A stretch of DNA of 64,000 nt from Waddliaceae bacterium. Its GTDB lineage: Bacteria; Chlamydiota; Chlamydiia; Chlamydiales; SLFE01. The position numbers and the translations under genes were made by a program. Shown here in pieces: positions 29,790-40,720 of the stretch. The DNA is taken from the NCBI GenBank assembly GCA_963771045.1, contig CAVYRW010000004.1, positions 1,728,001 to 1,792,000 on the forward strand, read 5' to 3'. Under the pieces are notes generated by a model. It saw nothing but the letters and a program-made list of their open reading frames with translations. It was not told the origin of the DNA and did not search any database. How positions within the stretch are numbered: position 1 is the first letter of the stretch; each line of letters starts with the position of its first letter.

Positions 29790-30812
29790 AGTCTTCGATT
29801 TTCTTCTTTTTATTTGCGATAGGATGGCAAGGGGGATATTGGCAATATTCAGCACTTCGGAAACGACCGCCCAATTCGATAGCTGCTTTGGGCATTCCAA
29901 AGACAACGCAGCTCCCTTCGTCTTCGGCAATTGTATACCATCCTTTATTTTTTAGCTGTTTCAGTCCCCTGGCCCCATCGGAACCCATTCCAGTCAAAAT
30001 CACCGCAACCGAGGGAGACGGGCCAAAATTTCGCGAGACTGTCAAAAAAAATATCGATGGAGGGGTGGTAGGGTGTCGGTTCACTTTGCGATGTGTAGGC
30101 AAGGCTGCCCTCTCTTGTCGCCGTCAGATGCCACTTGGAGTCCGAAACATAGACGACTCCCCGATTTCGGTTTGGTTTCCTTCTCGATCAGATGAACAGG
30201 AAGATGGGACCTCTTCGAAAACCACTCCACAAGGTCAGAAGTGAATTTATCGTCGACATGTTGAATGATGACGACCGCCGCCTCCAGATTTGTCGGAAAA
30301 GAAGAGATAATGGACGCAATGGCCAAGGGTCCGCCCGTTGAGGCGCCAATGGCGATAAGCGGGATGCATTTCGACGCGCCGGTTTCCTTCCGTCCGGTAT
30401 CCGGAAGGACATTTTTTACCTTTTCGGGCTCGACAAGAAAGGAAAACTGCGTGATCTTCTGGATCATGGACGAATATTGCGGCGAAGTCCCTTTTTCGGG
30501 TATAACAGCCACATCCAACGCCCCGTGGGCCATAGCTTCGAAAATTAATGACGAATTTTTTCCGATATCATGCGTTATCAGGAGTATCGGGCAGTTCGTG
30601 CGGCTCATGAGATCTTTTGCCACCAAGATGCCGTCAAGTTCGGTTATATGAACATCGAGTAAAATTAAATCGGGACGCTCCTTTTCGGAAAGTTCAATCG
30701 CGTGCCGGCCATAATTTGTCGTCCAAACCACAAGATGATCGGTCAATTCATGGATGACGCTTCTCAATCTTTCTCTTTGCTCATTGAGATGGTGTACAAT
30801 GCCTATTTTCAT
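29786..30812 (-). CDS. cheB: CheB/WspF methylesterase (REC + esterase) with several 1-bp frameshifts
   Basis: GASTGGP, IIQH, PSIDIFF, LTGMGSDGARG, SCVVFGMPKAAI recovered across frames. Confidence 0.88.
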
Positions 30813-33463
30813 ACGCCTCCGATCAATTCCTGGACAGCTTTTGTAAGCGTTTCATCGTGAAAACTGGATTTTGTCAAATAATAATCAGCGCCCGCCTCAA
30901 TTCCCTTTCTTCTGTCGCTATCCCTGTCTTTATAAGAAACAATCATGACAGGAATTTTATATAATCTGGGATCATCTTTTATCGACCGGACTAAATCGAA
31001 CCCGCTCATCCTTGGCATATCAATGTCAGTGATAACAAGATCAAAATTTCCGATTCTCACAGCGTTCCATCCATCCATCCCATCGACAGCCGTCTGCACC
31101 TCGAAGCCTTTGTTTTGCAAAAGACGGCACTCGACCTCCCGAACAGTTATGGAGTCATCGACAATGAGGATTCTCTTCGGCTTCGTCCTCACCGCCTCCC
31201 CGGCATCCGACCTAATGGGTTTTAATGTTTCTCCATAGAGGACTTTATCTAGGGCTCTGAAGAGGTCCTCCACATCAATGATAAGCAAAGGAGAGCCGTC
31301 TTCCAAAAATGCTCCCGAATTGATGCCGGGTATTTTCCCCAATGCCGGATCGATTTCCTGAACGACCAAATCTTTTTCCTCAAGAAATTTATCGACAACC
31401 ACGCCATAGCGGTTGATCCGGTCATTCAACATGATAACCGGGATCTCATTGGCATGTTCCACATTGGTTTCAATTTCGAAAATTTGCGACGCATGGACCA
31501 GGCCGACATTATCACCGTCAAAATTAAAATATTGCCTGTTTTCGACAACTTCTATATCCGATTTAAAAATGTGGAGCGAACGGTCGATCCGGGCAAGAGG
31601 AAAAGCATAGGGCTCGCCTGCGATTTCGACGACCAGCGCTCTGATAACCGAAAGGGTCAGGGGAAGCTGCAAGTGAAACGTCAGGTGCTCCCCTTTCTGT
31701 GTCGAGGTCCTAATGACTCCCCCAACTTCCTGAACCATATTTTGAACCACATTGAGCCCCATACCCCTGCCGGAGATTTCAGTCAAGTCTTCCGCTGTCG
31801 TAAATTCCGGCAGGAAAAGAAAATCAAGAAGCTCCTGATCGCTTAAATTCTTAGCTACTTCTTCATTGACAATTTTATCTTTAGCGACTTTTTCCCTGAT
31901 TTTCTCGATATCGACCCCCTGTCCGTCGTCGGAGATCGTAATGTAGAGCATTCCCGCGCGGTGAGCGGCTTCAAGAGTGACAACGCCCTCTTCAGGCTTT
32001 CCCTTTTGCTTTCTGACATCGGGTTTTTCAATACCATGATCGACAGCATTTCTTAGCAAATGCATCAAAGGCGTTTCAAGCTTCTCCAAGATATCCCGGT
32101 CGACCGGCGTCATCTCCCCAATAATCTCAAGCCGCACTTTCTTGCCTAGCTCCCTGCCTTCATCCCTCACATACCGGGGAAATCCTCTGACCCCATCCGC
32201 AAGAGGCCTCATGCGGATATCGATGACCTCTCCGTAGAGCCGTTCGGACAAGCTTGTGTGCCGGCGGATGAACATTTCAAGCTCCGACATCCTCTTGTCG
32301 AGGTTTTGGCGGCAGGTATTATTCTGCTGTTGCAAACTCGAAAGGAAACCAAAAACCTTTTCCTCGACTTCTTCGGCTTTTAGTGATTCGCGGATTTGGT
32401 CCAGATCTCTCCCCATCTCATTGTGTAGATGCTTGAGTGTAAGAAGAGCCTCTCCGAACGGTTCAAGCCAAAGCGATTCGACTAGCGTCTCGCCCGCAAG
32501 CCCCATCAGCCTGTTCAAACTCAGTGAACTGACCCTTAAAACCCTCTCATTCCACACTCCCGACTTCTTTACCTTCTCTGATTTGACAACCTGCGTCATG
32601 TCTTTGCCGCCAGTTTCCGGATAAGGCTTTTCTTCTCTCGGGAAATCTGAGAACAGAGATCAGATTTTGAAGCGTCTGCTCGCTGCTTGGCAATATCTCG
32701 AAGCGATAAGATTTTTGGGCTGATGGATCAAAGAAGAATAGTAATCGACCGACTGAAACAGCGCATCCATCAGCTCGGGACTTAAAAGCGACGGCTCTTT
32801 TTCCAGAAAAACAAAACAATCTTCCATAGCATGGGCCAGTTCCACAAGAAGATCGAGCCCCACGACTTTAGCGGCCCCTTTTAACGAATGGGCGGCCCTC
32901 ATCAGGTTGTGGTAGGTTTCGCCAGTGGCATTTTGACTCTCCAAAACCAGCAGCCCCTGATTCAGAATGGAAGCTTGGGATTCGGCTTCTACGCAAAAAA
33001 GATCCACCAGCGACGGGTCGCAAATCTTCCCTTCGCTCTTTAAGTCAGGCTCCTTCATTTCGACAATTTCAAGTCCCGTCATTTGAGTAAAAAATTTCTC
33101 AAGTTCCCGGGCCTTTTGCTCGATTTCCTCCGCCTTTCCGGGTAAATTTTCCGAAGAGCAATGCTCGAGCTTCCTAAGCAGATTGACCACCCTTTTGACG
33201 ACCTCGATATCCCGGGCCGATAATTTATGAATTTTTTGCAGGGAAAGGGCTAGATTTCGGGTGAACCTGGAGATAAAGTCAAAACGGATAATTTTTGCCG
33301 AACTTTGAATGATATTAAATGTTTTGACCACATCTTCCAATGAGCCGCTGTCAAGAGCATTTTCAAGGTTGTCGAGATGTCCTGAAAGCTCCTGAAGAAA
33401 CAGATCTAGCAGCTCTTTGCCGATCTGCTCTTTTTTTTCTTTTTTATCCTGCCCGGCTTCCAT
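30809..33463 (-). CDS. cheA: CheA/WspE hybrid kinase: pseudo-Hpt, Hpt, dimerisation, HATPase, CheW, REC; frameshifted near 32600-32700
   Basis: AAHSLKGAA; HLLRNAVDHGIE, DDGQG, ISGRGMGL, LPLTLSV; VDDSITVRE..TDIDMP. Confidence 0.92.
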
Positions 33464-33466
33464 AAT

Positions 33467-34045
33467 TTACAGAGACCTTTTTAAACTGTAGAACAAGAGC
33501 TCTTCATCCAAAAATCCGACGCTTTTTTCTTTCCATGTCAGCACTCCTCTCAGATAATTCGTCGATGATTTGGCCACATTGACTGGAACGTTTTCCAAAG
33601 CGCCCATATCGAACTGATAGATTCCGTAAGCTTCGTCGACAGGAAAAACAAAGAGCTGGCCGCCATTTTCAATCACGATCATCCTGTTGTAAATGATCGC
33701 GCTTTGAGGCGGCGGCATCTTTTTATCCTCTTTGATCTCGAATAAATTCTTCAAGTCGACGCAAAGCCTCATCTGCCCTCCAATATTGACCAGTCCTTTT
33801 AAGATCGGATTCTGCTTATGAGGGATGATATGGATCGGTTTCTTTTCGCAGATCTGATTAAAAAAAGAGGTCGAAAGACCAAACCATTCGCTGTGCAGAC
33901 GAAATAATAGAATGGAATGTTCCCGCGTTTCCAGATAGGTTTTTTTTCCCTCTCTTAGAATTTTAGTCCATTCTTTAATATATTGAGGAGAGACCGGCCG
34001 AGACAACAGCTTATCTGCGGAATAGGAATCTTCACTTACTGACAT
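33467..34045 (-). CDS. cheW: CheW adaptor (WspD-like)
   Basis: LLFRL..EWFGL..PIHIIPH..LKGLVNIGG..CVDL; FPVDE. Confidence 0.88.
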   Translation of the reverse strand: MSVSEDSYSADKLLSRPVSPQYIKEWTKILREGKKTYLETREHSILLFRLHSEWFGLSTSFFNQICEKKPIHIIPHKQNPILKGLVNIGGQMRLCVDLKNLFEIKEDKKMPPPQSAIIYNRMIVIENGGQLFVFPVDEAYGIYQFDMGALENVPVNVAKSSTNYLRGVLTWKEKSVGFLDEELLFYSLKRSL

Positions 34046-34047
34046 TT

Positions 34048-35235
34048 CTACTTCTCCGTCATTTTTTTAGATTTGCCGCTATCTGCCATCAAGTCGAGAT
34101 ATGTTTTCGCTTCTTCGTTGCCGGGATCAAGATAAAAGGCTTTTTGAAATAAACGGTATGCCTGGCTTTCACGGCCCATGGCGTGCTGTATGATGCCCTG
34201 CAAGTAGAAGGCACGTGCGTCGCTTCCAAATTTTTTGATATAATCTTCAATGGAAAGTTGCGCCTCGATCAGCCGGCCGCGGTCGGCCAGCTCGCGAGCC
34301 TTCTCATAATCGATATCTTTTTTGCTTTTTCCTTCTTTAACTTCTTCGTTCTCTTTGCCGCTGCTTAAGATTTGATCAATCTCGTGAAAAAGTTCTGTCT
34401 TGTAGCTCAGCCGATCTTTCTCTTCTTCTTTTTTGCAATAAGCGGATATATTACCGTATTTAACAGTTTGAAAGTCCAGGTGGCGGATTTTGTCATATTC
34501 AGCCTCTCCAAGAAGTAAAATGCCTTGCGTCATAAGAGCCTTTTCGATCCTTTTTAACAGATTGTACTGAAGCTGGGGCGATAGATAAATCAAGAGGTTG
34601 CGGCAAAGGACAACGTCATACTTGTTTTGGCTTTGCGAATTGGGATAATCGACAACATTGCCTCTTTTATACCTCACAGAAAACCTGATTTCGTCTTTCA
34701 ACTGATACCCGTTTTCCACCTGGTTGAAATAGCGTCGCTGATACTCCAGATTTTTATCCCGAAAGGAATTTTTTCCGTAAATGCCTTTTTGTGCAAAATC
34801 AAGAGATTCCTTGCTCACATCGACAGCTTCGACACGAAAGGATCCCAAAGGCATCGCCGCTTCGAGCAAACACATCACAACCGAATACGGCTCCTCCCCG
34901 GTAGAGCAGCCCAAAGAAAGTATTCTAAGAGGACGCCCCTTCCGATATTTTTCCTGATTGTCCTTAGCAAAAACCTTCAGGAAATCGAAACATCTTTTTT
35001 CGCGAAAAAACCATGTTTCCGGAATGACGATCATATGGATCATCTGCTGCATTTCCGTAAGCGAATTTAAAAGATGAGCAAAGTATTCGCCAATGGTTTG
35101 ACATTGGCACGCTTCCATGCGCTTTTGAACGCACGCCGCCCAATTATTCGGCGACAAACTGTGGGGATGAAGCCCGATTTTTTCTTCCATGAGCTTTTGA
35201 ATACGTTTTAAATAGCGGCTGTCTACTTCATCCAT
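34048..35235 (-). CDS. cheR: CheR methyltransferase with C-terminal TPR (WspC-like)
   Basis: ETWFFRE, SLGCSTGEEPYS, CRNLLIY; ARELADRG..AFYLQG..QKAFYLDP. Confidence 0.92.
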   Translation of the reverse strand: MDEVDSRYLKRIQKLMEEKIGLHPHSLSPNNWAACVQKRMEACQCQTIGEYFAHLLNSLTEMQQMIHMIVIPETWFFREKRCFDFLKVFAKDNQEKYRKGRPLRILSLGCSTGEEPYSVVMCLLEAAMPLGSFRVEAVDVSKESLDFAQKGIYGKNSFRDKNLEYQRRYFNQVENGYQLKDEIRFSVRYKRGNVVDYPNSQSQNKYDVVLCRNLLIYLSPQLQYNLLKRIEKALMTQGILLLGEAEYDKIRHLDFQTVKYGNISAYCKKEEEKDRLSYKTELFHEIDQILSSGKENEEVKEGKSKKDIDYEKARELADRGRLIEAQLSIEDYIKKFGSDARAFYLQGIIQHAMGRESQAYRLFQKAFYLDPGNEEAKTYLDLMADSGKSKKMTEK

Positions 35236-35680
35236 TACGCGATCCTATTAAATAGTCTTTAAGAGAATTTTGCAGTTTCTCGACTTTGACAAACTGAACC
35301 GTGTTATTTCCTTCCGACATAATGCCGCCCAGGCAAGGCAGATCTTTGACAACAACCCCCCCTTCGACAAACTTCTCCAAAGGAGCGTCGATGGTTTTCG
35401 TCACCTTTTCAGCCATCAGGCCGAATTCAATTTCCCTCTCTTCTTCGAAAAATCGAAATAATATGATCCTTGTATGCATTGCCTGCCTGGAAGGCCTCTC
35501 AAGCACAAGGCTGCACCAGTCAATAACGGGAATCGGCTTCCCCCCCACATTGATCGACCCTTTGATAAATTCAGGCATATGGAAAATCGGTTTGATCGCC
35601 ACTTGGGGAATGATTTCACTAATATGATCGCACCTGCAGGCGTATCTTTCATCGCCGGCATGAAAAACGAGCAGCAACAT
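35228..35680 (-). CDS. cheW: CheW adaptor (WspB-like)
   Basis: MLLLVFHAGDERYA..EIIP..PEFIKG..GKPIPVID..TRIIL..GLMAEKVT. Confidence 0.88.
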   Translation of the reverse strand: MLLLVFHAGDERYACRCDHISEIIPQVAIKPIFHMPEFIKGSINVGGKPIPVIDWCSLVLERPSRQAMHTRIILFRFFEEEREIEFGLMAEKVTKTIDAPLEKFVEGGVVVKDLPCLGGIMSEGNNTVQFVKVEKLQNSLKDYLIGSRNG

Positions 35681-35900
35681 ACTAATATTCCTTTACCTGC
35701 ATTCTCTTTGAAAAGGATTTTTTTTAGAATGGGCTATCCCGGATTTCTCACACTATTTGAACAAATCTGAACAAATTTTTGACGATCTTGCCATAAGTTG
35801 CTCATTGCCAATATGTAAAGCATATTGACTTCGTCGCAATTTTAGCAACCTCATCCAAACACTCTGTACATCTTTACTCAAATAAGGTGAAAAATCTGGG

Positions 35901-36137
35901 CTATTTAACAACTCTCAGATAGTCCTTACTTTCAGTGATTTCAGATTCAAATTCCGAATCGATACCGGCCTTTGCCCCTTCCAGAAGGTAGGAAGCGAGG
36001 GCAGGGTCCCCTTCATAAGACATATTGACGTTCATATTGCCGTCTTTAGTCTCGTTGTCGCAGGTAATTAAGATAAAACACGCATGTTCTTTAGCCAAAA
36101 GCTCCATAAACTCCTTATAGTTTTCGTGCCTCATCAT
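35901..36137 (-). CDS. Small hypothetical protein
   Basis: GGAGG RBS; ACFILITC....G.M.V.MSYEGD..LASYLL; no function recognised. Confidence 0.7.
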   Translation of the reverse strand: MMRHENYKEFMELLAKEHACFILITCDNETKDGNMNVNMSYEGDPALASYLLEGAKAGIDSEFESEITESKDYLRVVK

Positions 36138-36216
36138 GCCCTCCCTTAAGCTCTGAAATTTGAACGCAACCTTAGCTAACGGTGTAATTTATTACAAATT
36201 AAATTATTTTGAGTTT

Positions 36217-37437
36217 ATGGACGAGTATCTTCCCTACATCAAGCCGATCGAATCCCGCCAAAACATTATGCTTGAGCGAGTTCAAAACTGGGCCGAAATC
36301 AACACCCATTCCCTGAACACAGAAGGACTGGCCGTGATGCTTTCGGCGCTAAAACGGGACTTCGTTTCCTTAAGAGCATCTATCGAAGAAATCCCCTTAG
36401 GCCCGATAGATACACTAGATTCTCATGGCAAGCGGGCAAAATTAGAGCTGGGAAGCGTTCTTCGCATCTCTCAAAGGCCAGGCGCCCCAATCCGTTTTTT
36501 CTTTGGAGGCCATTTCGATACCGTATATCCTGTTGAAAGCGGTTTTTTGAACACCCGGCTCATCGATGCCAACACGTTAAATGGGCCCGGTGTTGCCGAT
36601 ATGAAAGGAGGCATAGCCGTCATGCTCGCTGCTTTAGAAGCGCTGGAGGCTGCCCCTTTTGCAAGCTCTATCGGTTATGAAATTCTTCTCAACCCCGATG
36701 AGGAGATCGGCTCTCCCGGTTCGTCATCCCTTTTCAAGAAGCTCTCCAAAAACTGCCGGGCTGCGATGCTCTTCGAGCCTGCCTTTTCCGACGAATCCCT
36801 TGCCGGCGCAAGAAAAGGTTCCGCGAATTACACGATTCTCGTCAGGGGCAAGTCGGCCCATGCCGGCAGGGATTTTTTCAGCGGGAAAAGCGCCGTCGCC
36901 ACCCTTTCGAAGCTCCTTGTCAGCATCCACGCCCTCAACCATCCCGAAAAAAAGACAACGATCAACCTCGGTTATATTTATGGCGGCGGCCCCGTTAATA
37001 TCGTCCCCGATCTGGCCCTTTGCCGCCTTAATATTCGGGCAGCAACAGGTAAAGAGATGGAATTGACAGAAACTCGCCTTAGTGAAATGATCCGAAATTT
37101 GGCAAGAGAGCATCAAGTGGAATGCCAAATGTTTTTAGAAAGCAAACGGCCCCCCAAGCCTTTTGACAAACAAACCGAAAAGCTGTTTAAGGATTTTGAG
37201 GAATGCGGCAATGCGCTTGGGCAAAAGATCTCCTGGCGCCCCACCGGCGGAGCCTGCGACGGCAACACCATCGCCGCCGAAGGGATTCCGACAATCGACT
37301 CGCTCGGCGCCGTCGGCGGCAATATCCACACCGAAGACGAGTACCTTCTTGTCGACAGTTTAACCAAGCGGGCAAAATTGACCGCACTTTATTTAATCAG
37401 GCAGGCCCATGCAGAGTCCGGAAAAATTATTCAATGA
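36217..37437 (+). CDS. M20 family hydrolase (deacylase-like, ast-associated)
   Basis: GHFDTV, GPGVADMKGG, PDEEIGS, FEP, GKSAHAGR, GGACDGN, IHTEDEY. Confidence 0.88.
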   Translation: MDEYLPYIKPIESRQNIMLERVQNWAEINTHSLNTEGLAVMLSALKRDFVSLRASIEEIPLGPIDTLDSHGKRAKLELGSVLRISQRPGAPIRFFFGGHFDTVYPVESGFLNTRLIDANTLNGPGVADMKGGIAVMLAALEALEAAPFASSIGYEILLNPDEEIGSPGSSSLFKKLSKNCRAAMLFEPAFSDESLAGARKGSANYTILVRGKSAHAGRDFFSGKSAVATLSKLLVSIHALNHPEKKTTINLGYIYGGGPVNIVPDLALCRLNIRAATGKEMELTETRLSEMIRNLAREHQVECQMFLESKRPPKPFDKQTEKLFKDFEECGNALGQKISWRPTGGACDGNTIAAEGIPTIDSLGAVGGNIHTEDEYLLVDSLTKRAKLTALYLIRQAHAESGKIIQ

Positions 37438-38785
37438 CCCAAAAGTCATAGAAGCTAAAAAGCTTCTTATCGACTCTGTTAAAGAGCACAGCCGCCATAT
37501 TGAAAAAGTCAAAGGGCCCGATCCCGATCTTGCAGCCCCTTATAAGGAGCTTCTGGAAAGTTATGAAAAAATGCGCGGCGGCCCCCTCTTTTATCCTTAT
37601 ATAGGGAGCGGCCTTGGAAACGGCGCCCTCGTCGAGCTTATGGACGGCAGCGTCAAATATGATTTCATCACAGGCATCGGCGTCCACGGCTTTGGCCACG
37701 GCCATCCCGACATTATCGACTCTTCAATAAACGCCGCCCTCACAGACACAGTCATGGAAGGACACCTGCAGCAAAATTCGGACGCGTTTGAACTCACCAA
37801 ACTCCTTATCGACGTTTCCGGACTCGACCACTGCTTCCTCACCTCGACAGGAGCCATGGCCAATGAAAACGCATTCAAAATCTGTTTCCAAAAAAAACAT
37901 CCCGCCTCGCGCATCCTCGCCTTCGACCACTGCTTTATGGGAAGAACCCTAACAATGGCCCAGGTGACCGACAAACCGATGAACCGCGTCGGCCTCCCTT
38001 TGAACCAGCCTGTCGACTACATTCCCTTTTATGACCCCAGCCGCCCCGAAGAGAGCGAAAAAGAAGCCGTAAACGCACTCAAAACCTTCATCGAAAGATA
38101 TCCCGGGCAGCACGCCCTGATGAGTTTTGAGCTGGTCCAGGGAGAAGGCGGGTTCAATGTCGCAGCCCCCGAGTTTTACAAAATCCTGATGGATATTTTA
38201 AAAGAAAGCGGCATCCCCATCATGATCGACGAAGTGCAAACGTTTGGAAGGACCTCGCAGCCCTTTGCTTTTCAACACTTCGGCCTCGAAGACTATGTCG
38301 ATGTCGTCACCATCGGAAAATTGTCTCAAGCCTGCGCCACTCTTTACAAACATCCAATGAATCCCGCCCCTGGCCTCCTCAGCCAAACCTTCACCACAAG
38401 CTCGTCTGCCATTCGTTCATCGAAAGTGATCATCGAAAAGCTCCTTAACGAAGGACACTTCGGGGAAAATGGAAAAAACGCCGCCATCAACAAGATCTTT
38501 TCCGAAAGATTTGAAAATATCTGCAAGAAACACCCCGGCCTTGTCAAAGGCCCCTACGGAATCGGATGCATGGTCGCCTTTACCCCTTTTGACGGCGAGC
38601 GTAGCCGCGTCCTCCATTTCTCCCATGAGCTTTTCAAGCAAGGGGTGATGGGATTTATCGCCGGAAGCGGCCCCACCCGCTGCCGATTTTTGGTTCCCAT
38701 GCTCGCAGTCGAAGAAAAAGATATCGACGAGGCGATGAATATTGCCGAAAAGACTCTCCTTTCCTGCAAGGAACTGCACCCATGA
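37409..38785 (+). CDS. Class III aminotransferase (acetyl/succinyl-ornithine aminotransferase-like)
   Basis: YDFITGIGV..GHGHP, TGAMANE, FMGRT, ELVQGEGG, DEVQTFGRT, VTIGK. Confidence 0.88.
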   Translation: MQSPEKLFNDPKVIEAKKLLIDSVKEHSRHIEKVKGPDPDLAAPYKELLESYEKMRGGPLFYPYIGSGLGNGALVELMDGSVKYDFITGIGVHGFGHGHPDIIDSSINAALTDTVMEGHLQQNSDAFELTKLLIDVSGLDHCFLTSTGAMANENAFKICFQKKHPASRILAFDHCFMGRTLTMAQVTDKPMNRVGLPLNQPVDYIPFYDPSRPEESEKEAVNALKTFIERYPGQHALMSFELVQGEGGFNVAAPEFYKILMDILKESGIPIMIDEVQTFGRTSQPFAFQHFGLEDYVDVVTIGKLSQACATLYKHPMNPAPGLLSQTFTTSSSAIRSSKVIIEKLLNEGHFGENGKNAAINKIFSERFENICKKHPGLVKGPYGIGCMVAFTPFDGERSRVLHFSHELFKQGVMGFIAGSGPTRCRFLVPMLAVEEKDIDEAMNIAEKTLLSCKELHP

Positions 38786-39765
38786 GAGTCATCAGACCTA
38801 TCAAAGCTCAAGACCGAACCGCTTTTGAGCGCATGGCTTTTACCGCCTCCATGGGCATAAGGAGCCTCCCCAAAAACTCGGAAAAACTCTATGAAAAGAT
38901 TCTCCAGTCTCAAAACCGGCGCCATCATTTATACATTTTCGTCCTCGAAGACCTCGAAACCGGAGCTATTGAAGGGACATCGGCAGTCAAAGCCAAAACC
39001 GCAGTTGAGGAGCCCGAATATACCTATTGCATAGAAACCGTCGAGAGCAGAAGCAAAACAGAGCATGTCCCCGAAACCCTCCGCGTCTTAAGGCCCAGAA
39101 TCCACAGAAACGGCCCCTCCGAAATCTGCGGGCTGTACTTGATGCCCTACAGCCGCATGTCGCATCTCGGACGCCTCCTCTCCTACAGCCGCTTTCTCTT
39201 TATCGCAGCCCATCCGGACTGTTTCGCCGATACCATCATCGCCGAGATGCGGGGCTACTTCGACGAGGAGGAAAAAAATCCCTTCTGGACCCATGTCGGG
39301 CGCCATTTCTACAACGTTGCCTACGAAGACGCCGTCGACAGGTACTCCCTCTCGACAGATTTTATTCCCGACATCCTCCCGAAATATCCCATTTATCTCG
39401 ACCTGCTTCCAGAGGGCGTCCGGAATGTCGTCGGCAGGACCCACCCCAACACCGAGCCGGCCCTCAATCTTTTGAGGCAAAACGGCTTTTCTCTGACAAA
39501 CGAAGTGGACATCTTTGACGGCGGCCCTAAAATTCAAGCTTCGACAAATGAAGTTTCCACGATAAAAAACAGCAAAACCGCCCCTGTATCCGACATTGCC
39601 GAGGAGCTGGAGGACGGCGACTGGATCATCTCCAACGCATCCCCGGATTTCCGCGCCGCGGCAGCAGGACTCATACAAAGCGAAAAAGGAATCATCCTCA
39701 GCCGAAAGACAGCCGACGCCCTTAAAGTCAAAATAGGCGACACCGTCCGCTACGTCCCCCTTTAG
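38782..39765 (+). CDS. astA: Arginine N-succinyltransferase
   Basis: GIRSLP, SEICGLYL, GRLLSYSRFLF, IAEMRG, PFW, PIYL.LLP, VDIFDGGP. Confidence 0.92.
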   Translation: MRVIRPIKAQDRTAFERMAFTASMGIRSLPKNSEKLYEKILQSQNRRHHLYIFVLEDLETGAIEGTSAVKAKTAVEEPEYTYCIETVESRSKTEHVPETLRVLRPRIHRNGPSEICGLYLMPYSRMSHLGRLLSYSRFLFIAAHPDCFADTIIAEMRGYFDEEEKNPFWTHVGRHFYNVAYEDAVDRYSLSTDFIPDILPKYPIYLDLLPEGVRNVVGRTHPNTEPALNLLRQNGFSLTNEVDIFDGGPKIQASTNEVSTIKNSKTAPVSDIAEELEDGDWIISNASPDFRAAAAGLIQSEKGIILSRKTADALKVKIGDTVRYVPL

Positions 39766-39842
39766 TACGATATTTAAATATTCTTAATAAAAAATTAATA
39801 TAGCTATATTAAAATACTTCTTTACGCTATAAGATTATATCA

Positions 39843-40152
39843 ATGAAAATATCAAATAAAGACTGTAAAGAAATTTTAGGAAATTTCAATCATTATTTCA
39901 AAGGAAAACCACAAAAAATCAAACAATTAAGTCAAAGTGAAAGGAAGTTAATTCTAAAAGCAAAGAAAAATTTTAATCGTTGCCATGAGAAAACTGACAA
40001 AAAAACCGATTATTTAATGGGTAGCATCAAAATTAAAGCATTTAAAGACCCTAAAATTAAGAAATACAGTTTTATTTTATCATTTTTTAATGGGTTTAGA
40101 AACATATTTTTTTGATAGAATATCTTCAAGAAAACTTTTAAAAATTGGGTAG
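39843..40152 (+). CDS. Small basic AT-rich protein, paralog 1 (T-run frameshift before ..DRISSRKL)
   Basis: IKQLSQSERKLI, SFFNGFRNIF; removing one T restores RISS as in the two paralogs. Confidence 0.6.
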
Positions 40153-40162
40153 AAAAATATAC

Positions 40163-40191
40163 TTTACAAAAAAACTTTATTTTGTTATAAT
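40163..40191 (+). promoter_or_regulatory. sigma66/sigma70-type promoter
   Basis: TTTACA-17 nt-TATAAT with TGn, followed by AGGAGG RBS and ATG 40224. Confidence 0.65.
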
Positions 40192-40223
40192 AATTTGTAA
40201 TTTACACAATAGGAGGCAATATT

Positions 40224-40586
40224 ATGAAACTATCAAAAGCTGATGCAAGTGTAATAATTAAAACAGTTGAAAACCTTAATGACAATGGAATAGGTTCCAT
40301 AAAACATTTCAACCAAAAAGAAAGGAACCTTATTATAAAAGCATTTAACACAATGAAAGAGGGAGAAAATTTAGAAGACGCAGATACAATCCAAAACGCA
40401 AAGATAAGTGCTTTAAATTGCAGTATCTATCACAAAATTTCGATAGAACCAAAATCGCATCATTCCAACTTAGTTAAAAAAATCTTCAAAGGTTTTCTCA
40501 ATCTATTTGGCCGCATAAGCTCTAGAAAAATCGAAAATAAGATTATACATTTTAATGGAACTTCGCCTCAATTGTACAATTATTGA
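40224..40586 (+). CDS. Small basic AT-rich protein, paralog 2
   Basis: IKHFNQKERNLII, EPKSHHSNL..IFKGFLNLFGRISS. Confidence 0.75.
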   Translation: MKLSKADASVIIKTVENLNDNGIGSIKHFNQKERNLIIKAFNTMKEGENLEDADTIQNAKISALNCSIYHKISIEPKSHHSNLVKKIFKGFLNLFGRISSRKIENKIIHFNGTSPQLYNY

Positions 40587-40634
40587 CCCAGTTCCTAAAT
40601 ATATCTAAAATTTATGTAATTCGCACATTCATAA

Positions 40635-40660
40635 GGGTTCTGACAAACAGAACCCCTTTT
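40635..40660 (+). terminator. Putative intrinsic terminator
   Basis: GGGTTCTG-ACAAA-CAGAACCC hairpin then CTTTT. Confidence 0.45.
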
Positions 40661-40720
40661 CCTTATGGAATAAATCTTAATTATGTTATATTGCGTTAAC
40701 AAACACCAATGAGGTTGCAA

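Noticed and set aside
29790..29930. Apparent CheB-tail/response-regulator fusion (407-aa ORF starting at 29930)
   Set aside because: The extension is the frameshifted CheB C-terminus; an ATGA-type junction at 29786-29789 suggests separate genes. A real fusion cannot be excluded without reads
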